Below, one piece after another: positions 45,049 to 52,602 of a stretch of 64,000 bases of DNA. The DNA comes from an uncultured Pseudomonadota bacterium (GTDB taxonomy: Bacteria; Babelota; Babeliae; Babelales; RVW-14), in contig CAZBMD010000009.1 of assembly GCA_964493325.1 (NCBI GenBank), forward strand, positions 1,121 to 65,120, in the 5' to 3' direction. The notes under the pieces were generated by a model that saw only the letters and a program-made list of their open reading frames with translations, was not told the origin of the DNA and did not search any database. Numbering within the stretch: the first letter of the stretch is position 1; each line of letters opens with the position of its first letter. The translations under genes and the position numbers were made by a program.

Positions 45049-45136
45049 GCACAATTTGTTGGTCGGCTCTAGTTATTTATGCATTTTTACTAACCATACA
45101 AGAGCAAGTTTCTTGCAATCAAGAAGCTTCGTCTAA

Positions 45137-45526
45137 TTAGTCTTTGTTTTTTTCAGCGTCTTTGGTCTTCTCTTCACAAGCTTCGATGTATGCTTCCAAA
45201 GACTCTTCTTTGATGATTTTTTCTGGAACAAGCATCTTAACCAGTTTTGGACACTTTGTAGGTGCAAAGTTTACAAGACCGATAGCTGCAAGTTCAGCAA
45301 CTACCAATGCTGCAACAACCGCTACTGCTGCTTGTACTTTTTTGTCTTTTGCAAGAGCTTTGATTTTGGTCATAGCATCGCTTGCATCAGTTACAGATGA
45401 TCCTTCAAGGATTTCAGTAACAATAGCCTTAACTTCTTCTGGTGTTACTACTGGAGCAACTTCTGTAGCTGATACTTGTGCACAAAAACCAAGTGCAAGT
45501 ACCGCAGTCATCAATTTTTTCAACAT
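45137..45526 (-). CDS. Small signal-peptide protein with a central Ala/Val-rich TM segment (129 aa)
   Basis: AGGAG RBS. MLKKLMTAVLALGFCAQVSATEV is a signal peptide, and the hydrophobic segment is AAVAVVAALVVAELAAIGLV. It has the same architecture as 45683-46048. The antisense plus-strand ORF 45144-45554 is rejected. Confidence 0.65.
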   Translation of the reverse strand: MLKKLMTAVLALGFCAQVSATEVAPVVTPEEVKAIVTEILEGSSVTDASDAMTKIKALAKDKKVQAAVAVVAALVVAELAAIGLVNFAPTKCPKLVKMLVPEKIIKEESLEAYIEACEEKTKDAEKNKD

Positions 45527-45682
45527 AATGATCTCCTATAAATTAATTAACTAAAACCAACCACCAACCAACATATTGCATCGTTATTCTTCATCAATCC
45601 CCTACCACACCCCAACTTTTAAATTGACTGTGCTTTTTTTCGATACGGCAATTCGTATACCCAAAAGACAGTCAATGTAATT

Positions 45683-46048
45683 TTATTTTAACTCGCTTTT
45701 CAGCTGAGTCTTTTTTGTTTTACTTTTTGCACTCAGGAGGTAATCAGGCGTTTGCTTAAGCATTACCTCGCCCAAGAGTCCATGGTAGGCAAGCACCAAA
45801 AGTACACTCGTTGGAATAACAACTCCTGCAGCTAATCCTAAAGCGACAGCTCGCTTATTTGCCTTGAGTTTTTGCTTTGGATCTTTTAAAAAAGACACAA
45901 GATCTTCAGTAAAAGAAGGATCACCTTGCTCAACTGCTACAGAATTAAGCACTGACATAACATCTTGCACCGTAAGAGTTTCTGATGATGCTTGAACATT
46001 CAACGTTAAAGCAAGACCAAGAATAATTGCAAACAATTTTTTCAACAT
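45683..46048 (-). CDS. Small signal-peptide protein with a central TM segment (121 aa), architectural twin of 45137-45526
   Basis: AAGGA RBS. MLKKLFAIILGLALTLNVQASSE is a signal peptide, and the hydrophobic segment is AVALGLAAGVVIPTSVLLVLAY. I chose the ATG at 46048 within ORF 45683-46069. Confidence 0.6.
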   Translation of the reverse strand: MLKKLFAIILGLALTLNVQASSETLTVQDVMSVLNSVAVEQGDPSFTEDLVSFLKDPKQKLKANKRAVALGLAAGVVIPTSVLLVLAYHGLLGEVMLKQTPDYLLSAKSKTKKTQLKSELK

Positions 46049-46332
46049 AAAAATTCCTTCTAAATTCAATCGCCCATACTCGTTTAAGACTGAGATCTTA
46101 ATTCTTTAATATCACAAAACAACTACGCTCATTTTCTATTGAGATATCTTTAAAAGATATAATTATATCCATAAAAAAATTTTCAACTGAACCATCATTT
46201 CGAAGGCAGAACCCAGTATGATAGACTTTTTAAAAAAATCAATACTTTCCGATAGAAATTTAAACCAACACTGGATAGATTGATTTGTACGATAAAAAAG
46301 CACCAATAAGTTTGCATAAAAACAGCTTATTA

Positions 46333-46920
46333 TCAATCATTTTTTCCATTTTTTTTAGGCAACTGAAACCCATAATAAATATAGTGAACTAACGACATAC
46401 ATGAAAAAATTGTTAAAATGACTAAAAGGCAATAACAAAATTGCCCGCCGATAATAACCCATGCAATAAAAAGCAACTGCAAGAATGTTGTCATCTTGCC
46501 CCACAGCGATGGCTTAATCGCCATACTATCAAAACGACAAATCAGAAAAATTCCACCAACAACAAGAACTATTTCACGAATAACAACAAAAAGGAAAAAC
46601 CACCACGGTATTTTAAAAAGTGGTGTACCATAAAATGAAAGCGCACAAAACGTTGTTAATAAAAAAATTTTATCGGCAATAGGGTCCAATAACGTTCCAA
46701 GAGATGTTTTATCATTCAAAGCGCGAGCAAGATGTCCATCAAGCAAATCTGTTGCTGCTGCCACCAAAAAAATAATAAATGAGAATTGCCACCAACTCTG
46801 AGCAATACCGACAAAAATTACCGGCGCTAAAAAAATGCGTGATAACGTAAGAATGTTAGAAAAAGTTAACCAACGCGCTTCTGCCGCTTGCTTGTAACAT
46901 TCTGTCTGTTTTAATTTCAT
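46333..46920 (-). CDS. CDP-alcohol phosphatidyltransferase family protein (second copy in the window; substrate unknown)
   Basis: Signature DLLDGHLARALNDKTSLGTLLDPIADKI (D-x2-DG-x2-AR-x8-G-x3-D-x3-D) in a polytopic 195-aa protein. Confidence 0.85.
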   Translation of the reverse strand: MKLKQTECYKQAAEARWLTFSNILTLSRIFLAPVIFVGIAQSWWQFSFIIFLVAAATDLLDGHLARALNDKTSLGTLLDPIADKIFLLTTFCALSFYGTPLFKIPWWFFLFVVIREIVLVVGGIFLICRFDSMAIKPSLWGKMTTFLQLLFIAWVIIGGQFCYCLLVILTIFSCMSLVHYIYYGFQLPKKNGKND

Positions 46921-46962
46921 ATCAATTAACTTTTTTTACTAAGTTGATTATTGACCACATTA

Positions 46963-48120
46963 TTACGAAACGACAACCTGGGGTTCAACTGCAATGTTAT
47001 TTTTGCTGTCAGCCCATACCACGTGCCACCCTTTAACAGTTTGCTCTTTTACATAATTAACATCTTGAGCATAGGCGTTGTCGACAAGAGTAAGAGGCTC
47101 TAGCTTTCCATCAACTGTTTTAATTAATGGATCTATACCTCGATATTTCGTTTTAATAACATCACCGTTATCATCTGCGCTAACAAGAACAAATTGCTCA
47201 TTAAATTTTTGCATTTTTTGAATACAGGACTGAATAATTGGATCTGAAGAAGCACAAAGCCGCTCCCAAATAATATTATCTTGAGAAAAATGTATTTCAT
47301 CAAATGAAACAAGATCTATTTCCATTGCTCGCTCAAGTGCACGGGCTGCGTTACTGTCAATCGTATAAACAGCTGGACCACCCCATTCATGAAGCGTCCC
47401 ATTGAGCGAAGCCTTACCCAATAAACGAGCATAGTGAGCATCTGTAAAAAACCACTGCCCATCTTCATACTTGAGATAATTCAGCAACGTCTTAACTTCA
47501 TCTTTTTTGATAAAGCCATTCATCAGTGCGGCCTTGATGTTGTATTCAATGCGGTCTGCACACAAATTAGGTAAATTTTGTTCGAGCATCGCATATGCTT
47601 GATCTTTGTGCATCAGCGAATCAAATGACATACCATGCTTAGCACAAAGCTCGGGTAAATCAAACTTCGCAAGGTACCATGCATGAATTGAGTCTTGGTA
47701 TGAATGCAATTGAGAACTATTCTTAAAAAGATAATCACCGACGTGAGAGAAAACGGTGTGAGATGCATCATGCAACAAACCAGCCACCTGCTCTTGCAAG
47801 CTTGCACCGTACAGCCGAAGCAAGGCCCAAACGCCAACACAATGATCATAACGAGAGTATGACTGTATTTTTTTATCAACATAGCAACGCGGACCGTACT
47901 GCTCAACATGCTTGATGCGCTCCATCACGGGGTGCTTAAACAGATCGATTAGAATAGGCTCTGTTACTTCAAAATCACCATACACCGTCTCAACCAAGAT
48001 GCGCTGAACAGCTGATTGTTCAGTTTTCCCCTGCGACCACCAATGCTGACCTGCAAACGCAAGGATACCTAAAACGAGGCACGCTGCTGCTATTATTTTC
48101 AGTTTTAATATTTTTTTCAT
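46963..48120 (-). CDS. HD-domain phosphohydrolase (COG1078 / SAMHD1-like motif pattern) with an N-terminal signal or anchor
   Basis: AAAGGA RBS before the ATG at 48120. MKKILKLKIIAAACLVLGILAFAGQ is a hydrophobic N-terminus. The HD motifs are YSRYDHCVGVWALL...LLHDASHTVFSHVGDY...LCADRIEYN. Confidence 0.6.
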   Translation of the reverse strand: MKKILKLKIIAAACLVLGILAFAGQHWWSQGKTEQSAVQRILVETVYGDFEVTEPILIDLFKHPVMERIKHVEQYGPRCYVDKKIQSYSRYDHCVGVWALLRLYGASLQEQVAGLLHDASHTVFSHVGDYLFKNSSQLHSYQDSIHAWYLAKFDLPELCAKHGMSFDSLMHKDQAYAMLEQNLPNLCADRIEYNIKAALMNGFIKKDEVKTLLNYLKYEDGQWFFTDAHYARLLGKASLNGTLHEWGGPAVYTIDSNAARALERAMEIDLVSFDEIHFSQDNIIWERLCASSDPIIQSCIQKMQKFNEQFVLVSADDNGDVIKTKYRGIDPLIKTVDGKLEPLTLVDNAYAQDVNYVKEQTVKGWHVVWADSKNNIAVEPQVVVS

Positions 48121-48215
48121 TATTTTCCTTTCTAACAAGCATCCACGTGCTGTTTTTAATTTTTTTCTTTAAACTAAGGAGTAGTATAAACGTTAAAAAT
48201 TTAAAAATAAGAACT

Positions 48216-48896
48216 ATGAACGAAATAATATTTACTTTTCATGTTATTGTTATTGCAGCAGGCAGCCTTTTTGCACTTTTTTTAGGCAAAGAAGCTCTTG
48301 CCAGTTTTATCGTCCTGCTCGGCATTTTATCAAATCTTTTTGTAACCAAACAAATTGTTCTTTTTGGGCTGACAGTCACAAGCAGCGACGCTTTTGCCGT
48401 TGGAGGCATTTTGGGCCTCAATCTGATGCAGGAATATTTTGGTAAACAAGCAGCAGAAAAAACTATTCGCCTCAGCCTTGTAATCATGCTTTTTTACTTA
48501 CTCGCAACGCTCATTCACGTGTGGTATGCTCCTGCACCAGCAGACATCATGCACCCCCATTTTGTAAAGATTTTTGAACTTATGCCGCGCATTACTATCA
48601 GTTCCCTTTTCGTCTACTTTGTGGTGCAAAGCTTAGATACCCATCTCTACGGATTCCTACACAAAATTTTTCACGGCAGGTACCTGATTGCCCGTAGCGC
48701 TACCTCGCTCATTATAAGTCAATGCATTGATACAGCACTTTTTAGCCTGCTAGCACTTTATGGCGTAGTTGAATCAATCATGCACATCATGATTGTTAGC
48801 TTGATCATCAAATTGGTGGTTATCGCCCTTTCAGTTCCATTTGTAGCCTGGTCAAAAAAAATTATTACCCCTCAACCATCATCGAGAGCATCATGA
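48216..48896 (+). CDS. yhhQ: Queuosine-precursor transporter, YhhQ/DUF165 (VUT) family
   Basis: Polytopic protein with FVTKQIVLFGLTVTSSDAFAVGGILGLNLMQEYFG and LIARSATSLIISQCIDTALFSLLALYG. Its stop overlaps the tgt start (ATGA). I chose the ATG at 48216 within the track ORF 48147-48896. Confidence 0.75.
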   Translation: MNEIIFTFHVIVIAAGSLFALFLGKEALASFIVLLGILSNLFVTKQIVLFGLTVTSSDAFAVGGILGLNLMQEYFGKQAAEKTIRLSLVIMLFYLLATLIHVWYAPAPADIMHPHFVKIFELMPRITISSLFVYFVVQSLDTHLYGFLHKIFHGRYLIARSATSLIISQCIDTALFSLLALYGVVESIMHIMIVSLIIKLVVIALSVPFVAWSKKIITPQPSSRAS

Positions 48897-50023
48897 GCTT
48901 TTTTTCTTTTGAAATTATCCACACTTCAAAAAAATCCCGCGCACGGGTTGGACGCATCACAACCCCACACGGAATTATTGATACACCCAATTTTGTTGCT
49001 GTTGGTACCAATGGCGCACTTAAAGCACTTGATAGTTCTGCAGCGCTGAATATTGGTCTTCAACTCGTATTTTGCAATACCTACCATTTGATGCTTCAGC
49101 CTGGAGCTGATATTGTTGCTCAAGCTGGTGGGCTTCATCAATTTATTAACCGAAAAGCACCTATTATCACCGATTCTGGTGGTTTTCAAGTCTTTAGCCT
49201 TGCCTACGGCGGGGTATCGAGTGAACTAAAAAGCAAAGGAACCAAGCAAAACGGCAACAGCGTTCTTAAAATTAATGAAGAAGGCGTACTCTTTCGCTCA
49301 TATCGAGATGGAGCAAAAGTTCTATTAACCCCTGAAACCTCAATTCAAGCACAGAAAAAATTGGGTGCCGATATTATTGTATGTTTTGATGAGCTGCCAC
49401 CTTACCACGTTGCCCCCGAATCGTTGATGCGATCGCTTGATCGTACACACCGATGGGAAAAACGATCACTCAATGAGCACCTTAAAGATAGAAAGCAACA
49501 GGCGCTGTACGCGGTTGTTCACGGTGGCGTTGATAAAAATTTGCGCAAAAAAAGCTGCGACTATCTGTCCGCGCTTCCGTTTGACGGTTTTGCTGTTGGT
49601 GGCAGTGTAGGAAAAAATCGAGAAGAGATGGTAGAAATGCTTGAATTCTTGATGCCTCACCTACCTGAAGATAAACCAAATCATCTTTTGGGCATTGGGG
49701 ACTTACGGTCACTTGCTGCAACCATTCCTTTTGGTATTGATACTTTTGATAGTGCTCATCCAACCAAAGCAGCTCGCCACGGACTTCTGTTCACCAAGCA
49801 AGGCAATAAGCGCGCAATTCAACAAGGCAGCGCTACCCACTTCAGACCAATCGAAGATGATTGCACCTGCTACACCTGCAAAAATTACACGCTTGCGTAC
49901 CTGTGCCACTTGTTCAAAGCAAATGAGTTGACCGCTTTTACGCTGGCAACCATTCACAATTTACATTTCATGGTCAATTTGATGGCTGACTATCGTACAA
50001 AGATTTTGAATGATGAGATTTAG
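48893..50023 (+). CDS. tgt: tRNA-guanine transglycosylase (queuine/preQ1 tRNA-ribosyltransferase)
   Basis: RVGRITTPHGIIDTPNFVAVGTNGALKAL, NTYHLMLQPG, ITDSGGFQVFSL, FDELPPY, GGVDKNLR, FDGFAVGG, LLGIG, GIDTFDSAHPT, and the zinc site CTCYTCKNYTLAYLCHL. Confidence 0.9.
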   Translation: MSFFSFEIIHTSKKSRARVGRITTPHGIIDTPNFVAVGTNGALKALDSSAALNIGLQLVFCNTYHLMLQPGADIVAQAGGLHQFINRKAPIITDSGGFQVFSLAYGGVSSELKSKGTKQNGNSVLKINEEGVLFRSYRDGAKVLLTPETSIQAQKKLGADIIVCFDELPPYHVAPESLMRSLDRTHRWEKRSLNEHLKDRKQQALYAVVHGGVDKNLRKKSCDYLSALPFDGFAVGGSVGKNREEMVEMLEFLMPHLPEDKPNHLLGIGDLRSLAATIPFGIDTFDSAHPTKAARHGLLFTKQGNKRAIQQGSATHFRPIEDDCTCYTCKNYTLAYLCHLFKANELTAFTLATIHNLHFMVNLMADYRTKILNDEI

Positions 50024-50969
50024 ATGGCAAATCTTGATACAGTGGATATTCTGAAAATCCAATAAATTGGCACTCAGACTGTGGCACCAGCCCAAATGAA
50101 TCAAATACCTTTTCTTGCATCAACCGGGCAAGCGCCACAACATCGCTGCTGGTTGCGCCATTAAGCGTCACAATCATATTTGCATGCTGATAGGAAACCA
50201 CAGCATTGCCCACACGCAATTCGCCTTTGATCCCAATTTTATCAAGATAGTAGGCGATAAATGGTATTTTTTTTCCATTGATTGGTACCGTAATTTCATG
50301 ATCATGAAAATTTCTGAAAAAGCTACCACATGTCCGAGCTGAAGGATAGCGCTGATTGCGATGACGAATTATCTCATCACGCCGCCCTTGAGCGTAGGCA
50401 ACAGCAAAGGCATCTGCAGGCTTAAGCTTAAACGTCGCACTGACCAGATAAAATTCGCCAGCAAGCAGCGTTGATTGATTGTATCCAAAGTTAAACCAAG
50501 CATTGTCGACAGTTGAAATCACCCCCGTTGCTCGATGAGCAACTTCTGCAGAGACCAAAAAATGACTCAGAAGAAATTTGAAATAATGAACATTAATAAA
50601 AACGGACCCGCCAACAGTCCCGGGAATTCCACTAAACTCTTCAAGGCCAACAAAACGATTTTGTAGGCAGTAATCAATAAGTTCGTGCAACCCTACGCCA
50701 GCTCCAGCGGTCACTGTTGATTCAGCCGGATTGCACACAAGCTGCTTGAGGGCTGGACGAATGACAAGCCCATCAAAGCCGTGGTCTGCAACAAGAATAT
50801 TTGCTCCCTGCCCGAGCACAAAGATATCAAGCCCCTGCTCGCGAGCAAAAGCAAGCGCTACCGAAAATTCAGAGCCATTAATCGGCTGACTAAAATAGCG
50901 CGCAGGACCTCCTGTACCAAACCAATTTTTATCGTGAAGGGAAATATTCTGTTCAATCATTGTAACCAC
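49974..50969 (-). CDS. murB: UDP-N-acetylenolpyruvoylglucosamine reductase MurB
   Basis: FAD-binding N-terminus (NWFGTGGPARYF...DIFVLGQGANILVADHGFDG), GIPGTVGGSVFINV, and RTCGSFFRN. The 3' end overlaps the tgt 3' end by 50 nt in convergent orientation. Confidence 0.88.
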   Translation of the reverse strand: MVTMIEQNISLHDKNWFGTGGPARYFSQPINGSEFSVALAFAREQGLDIFVLGQGANILVADHGFDGLVIRPALKQLVCNPAESTVTAGAGVGLHELIDYCLQNRFVGLEEFSGIPGTVGGSVFINVHYFKFLLSHFLVSAEVAHRATGVISTVDNAWFNFGYNQSTLLAGEFYLVSATFKLKPADAFAVAYAQGRRDEIIRHRNQRYPSARTCGSFFRNFHDHEITVPINGKKIPFIAYYLDKIGIKGELRVGNAVVSYQHANMIVTLNGATSSDVVALARLMQEKVFDSFGLVPQSECQFIGFSEYPLYQDLPSKSHHSKSLYDSQPSN

Positions 50970-51075
50970 GCACCTTTGGAATAAAATTTATACGCCCACA
51001 GTATACCCCGTTCCCTCAAAATTTCACCATTTTCTAGCAAGCATGCTCGTCAAAATTAAGGTATCGGTTTATCTA

Positions 51076-51107
51076 GGATGGATCACTGATCAAGTCCGGG
51101 ATGACAT
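51076..51107. repeat. Palindromic repeat family, copy C (degenerate)
   Basis: GGATGGATCACTGATCAAGTCCGGGATGACATC compares with the consensus GGATGTCATCCCTGATCAAGTCAGGGATGACATC. It lies in the murB / AMIN-gene intergenic region. Confidence 0.6.
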
Positions 51108-51322
51108 CATACAAACCGAAAAACCATCTCATAAATACAGAATCATCAAGCGCTCTATCGAATTCTCAAGAAAAAGAGGGTTGGGAATTTGTTTATTGAA
51201 AATAATTTTTATTAAATTAATAATAATTATTTCAGTTATTATTTAAAATAATTGCAAAGAACAACTCAAAGTTGATAGGGTAAGCATTGAGATGAAACGT
51301 TTTAAGCATTGGGGAGAATATT

Positions 51323-51832
51323 ATGAAGACACACAAAACCGTCTTTGCAGCATTGATAGCATTTTTATTTGTCACACCGCTGACATCTTTGCAACCAAAT
51401 AAAACTCAAGAAATCAATCGACTCAATTGGCTTGAAGTCAGCAAAGGACAATTTGCAACCCAAATTATGTTCGACTTTGCGCAACCAGTCTATTTTAAAA
51501 AAAAGGTTAATCAGCAACGCAATCAAGTTAAGCTGACATTCCCAGGCATGCAATTGCATCATTTTGAATCTGCAAAAGTACTTCTTAAGCTTGCAAAACT
51601 CAAAGAGTTGGGTCTTGCATCAAAAGTTGCACTCACTCAAAAAGAAAAAACTATTTCGCATGTTGTTTTAACAATAGATTTTGTAGCCAAAAATAAAACA
51701 ATGCCTAAGAATAATGAATTTTTGATTAAGTGGTCAAAAATTGATGATCCCAATCGCCTAATTCTTGATATTTTTACACAAGAAAACTTAGACCAATTGA
51801 ACAAAAAAACAAAGATCCTCATGCAGGCCTAG
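51323..51832 (+). CDS. Stand-alone AMIN-domain protein with signal peptide
   Basis: GGGGAG RBS. MKTHKTVFAALIAFLFVTPLTSL is a signal peptide. The AMIN-like beta-sandwich pattern is ATQIMFDFAQPVYFKKKVNQQRNQVKLTFPGMQL...HVVLTIDF...NRLILDIF. It ends at the TAG at 51830-51832. Confidence 0.6.
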   Translation: MKTHKTVFAALIAFLFVTPLTSLQPNKTQEINRLNWLEVSKGQFATQIMFDFAQPVYFKKKVNQQRNQVKLTFPGMQLHHFESAKVLLKLAKLKELGLASKVALTQKEKTISHVVLTIDFVAKNKTMPKNNEFLIKWSKIDDPNRLILDIFTQENLDQLNKKTKILMQA

Positions 51833-51844
51833 GGGTGCTTTATC

Positions 51845-52594
51845 ATGAACCGCGCTCTTTATTTCTGTTTCATTTTTGCATCTTCGATTACAGCTCGATC
51901 TCATCATGACTTCAGGATTGTCATCGACCCAGGCCATGGAGCGCATGATACTGGAGCTCAATGTTTTGGGCTGTGTGAAAAACATATCGCGCTTGATATT
52001 GGACGTCGCGTTACTCATTTTTTAAAAAAATCTGGTTACACAAAAACGCTCTTGACGCGCACCAAAGACGTTGGACTGTCCCTCACACAACGCTCGGAGC
52101 TTGCTACACAAATAAAAGCCGATCTTTTTGTTTCTATCCATGTTAATTCTGGAGGAACAAAAGCCACCGCTCAGGGAATAGAAACATTTTATCTACGCGG
52201 AAAAGCGTTTTTACCCCCAACACGGCAGGGCGGTTTTATGTTCCTTAACGTGAAAAATAAAAAAGAAGCAACAGAACTTGTAGACCAAGCGCTGCAAAAA
52301 AATATCGGCGACTCAGAAAATCTTGCCAAAAGCATCCAAAATAACCTTGTTGGCCTGCTGCACCAGAATAATCACCAGATTACAAACCGCGGCGTTAAAA
52401 CAGACGAGCACCGAGTACTATTGCGCAGCGCCGTACCTGCGGCTCTTGTAGAAGTTGGCTTTTTGACCAACCCTCAAGAAGCCCGCCTGTTGTCAAAAAA
52501 AAACTACCGACAACTTTTGGCAATCGGCATTGGCAAAGGAATCCAAGAATATCTACGAAACATGGACCCCACAATTACAAGCACACAATCATAG
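51845..52594 (+). CDS. N-acetylmuramoyl-L-alanine amidase (Amidase_3, AmiA/B/C type)
   Basis: MNRALYFCFIFASSITA is signal-like. Motifs: RIVIDPGHGAHDTGA, LSLTQRSELATQIKADLFVSIHVNSG, GIETFY, and PAALVEVGFLTNPQEARLL. Confidence 0.88.
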   Translation: MNRALYFCFIFASSITARSHHDFRIVIDPGHGAHDTGAQCFGLCEKHIALDIGRRVTHFLKKSGYTKTLLTRTKDVGLSLTQRSELATQIKADLFVSIHVNSGGTKATAQGIETFYLRGKAFLPPTRQGGFMFLNVKNKKEATELVDQALQKNIGDSENLAKSIQNNLVGLLHQNNHQITNRGVKTDEHRVLLRSAVPAALVEVGFLTNPQEARLLSKKNYRQLLAIGIGKGIQEYLRNMDPTITSTQS

Positions 52595-52602
52595 ATACCA
52601 AC

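Noticed and set aside
44456-45136. The possibility that the gene-free island encodes SRP RNA, tmRNA, RNase P RNA or 6S RNA.
   Set aside because: I could not find the conserved cores by eye. That includes the SRP domain IV GGAA/AGCA symmetric-loop context, the tmRNA tRNA-like ends with a tag ORF, and the RNase P P4 sequences. An Infernal scan is still recommended.
45144-45554. A 136-aa plus-strand ORF overlapping 45137-45526.
   Set aside because: The minus-strand frame has an AGGAG RBS, a signal peptide and a paralogous neighbour. The plus-strand translation is Ser/Ala/Thr low-complexity mirror sequence.
48915-48923. A perfect DnaA box, TTATCCACA.
   Set aside because: It is a single isolated occurrence inside the tgt coding sequence, far from dnaA and with no accompanying boxes or AT-rich unwinding element. 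It is most likely a chance match.
51043-51246. A 67-aa plus-strand ORF in the murB / AMIN-gene spacer.
   Set aside because: It reads through the degenerate palindromic repeat copy C and an AT-rich tract (…IIIISVII). It has no RBS. I treat the region as intergenic.
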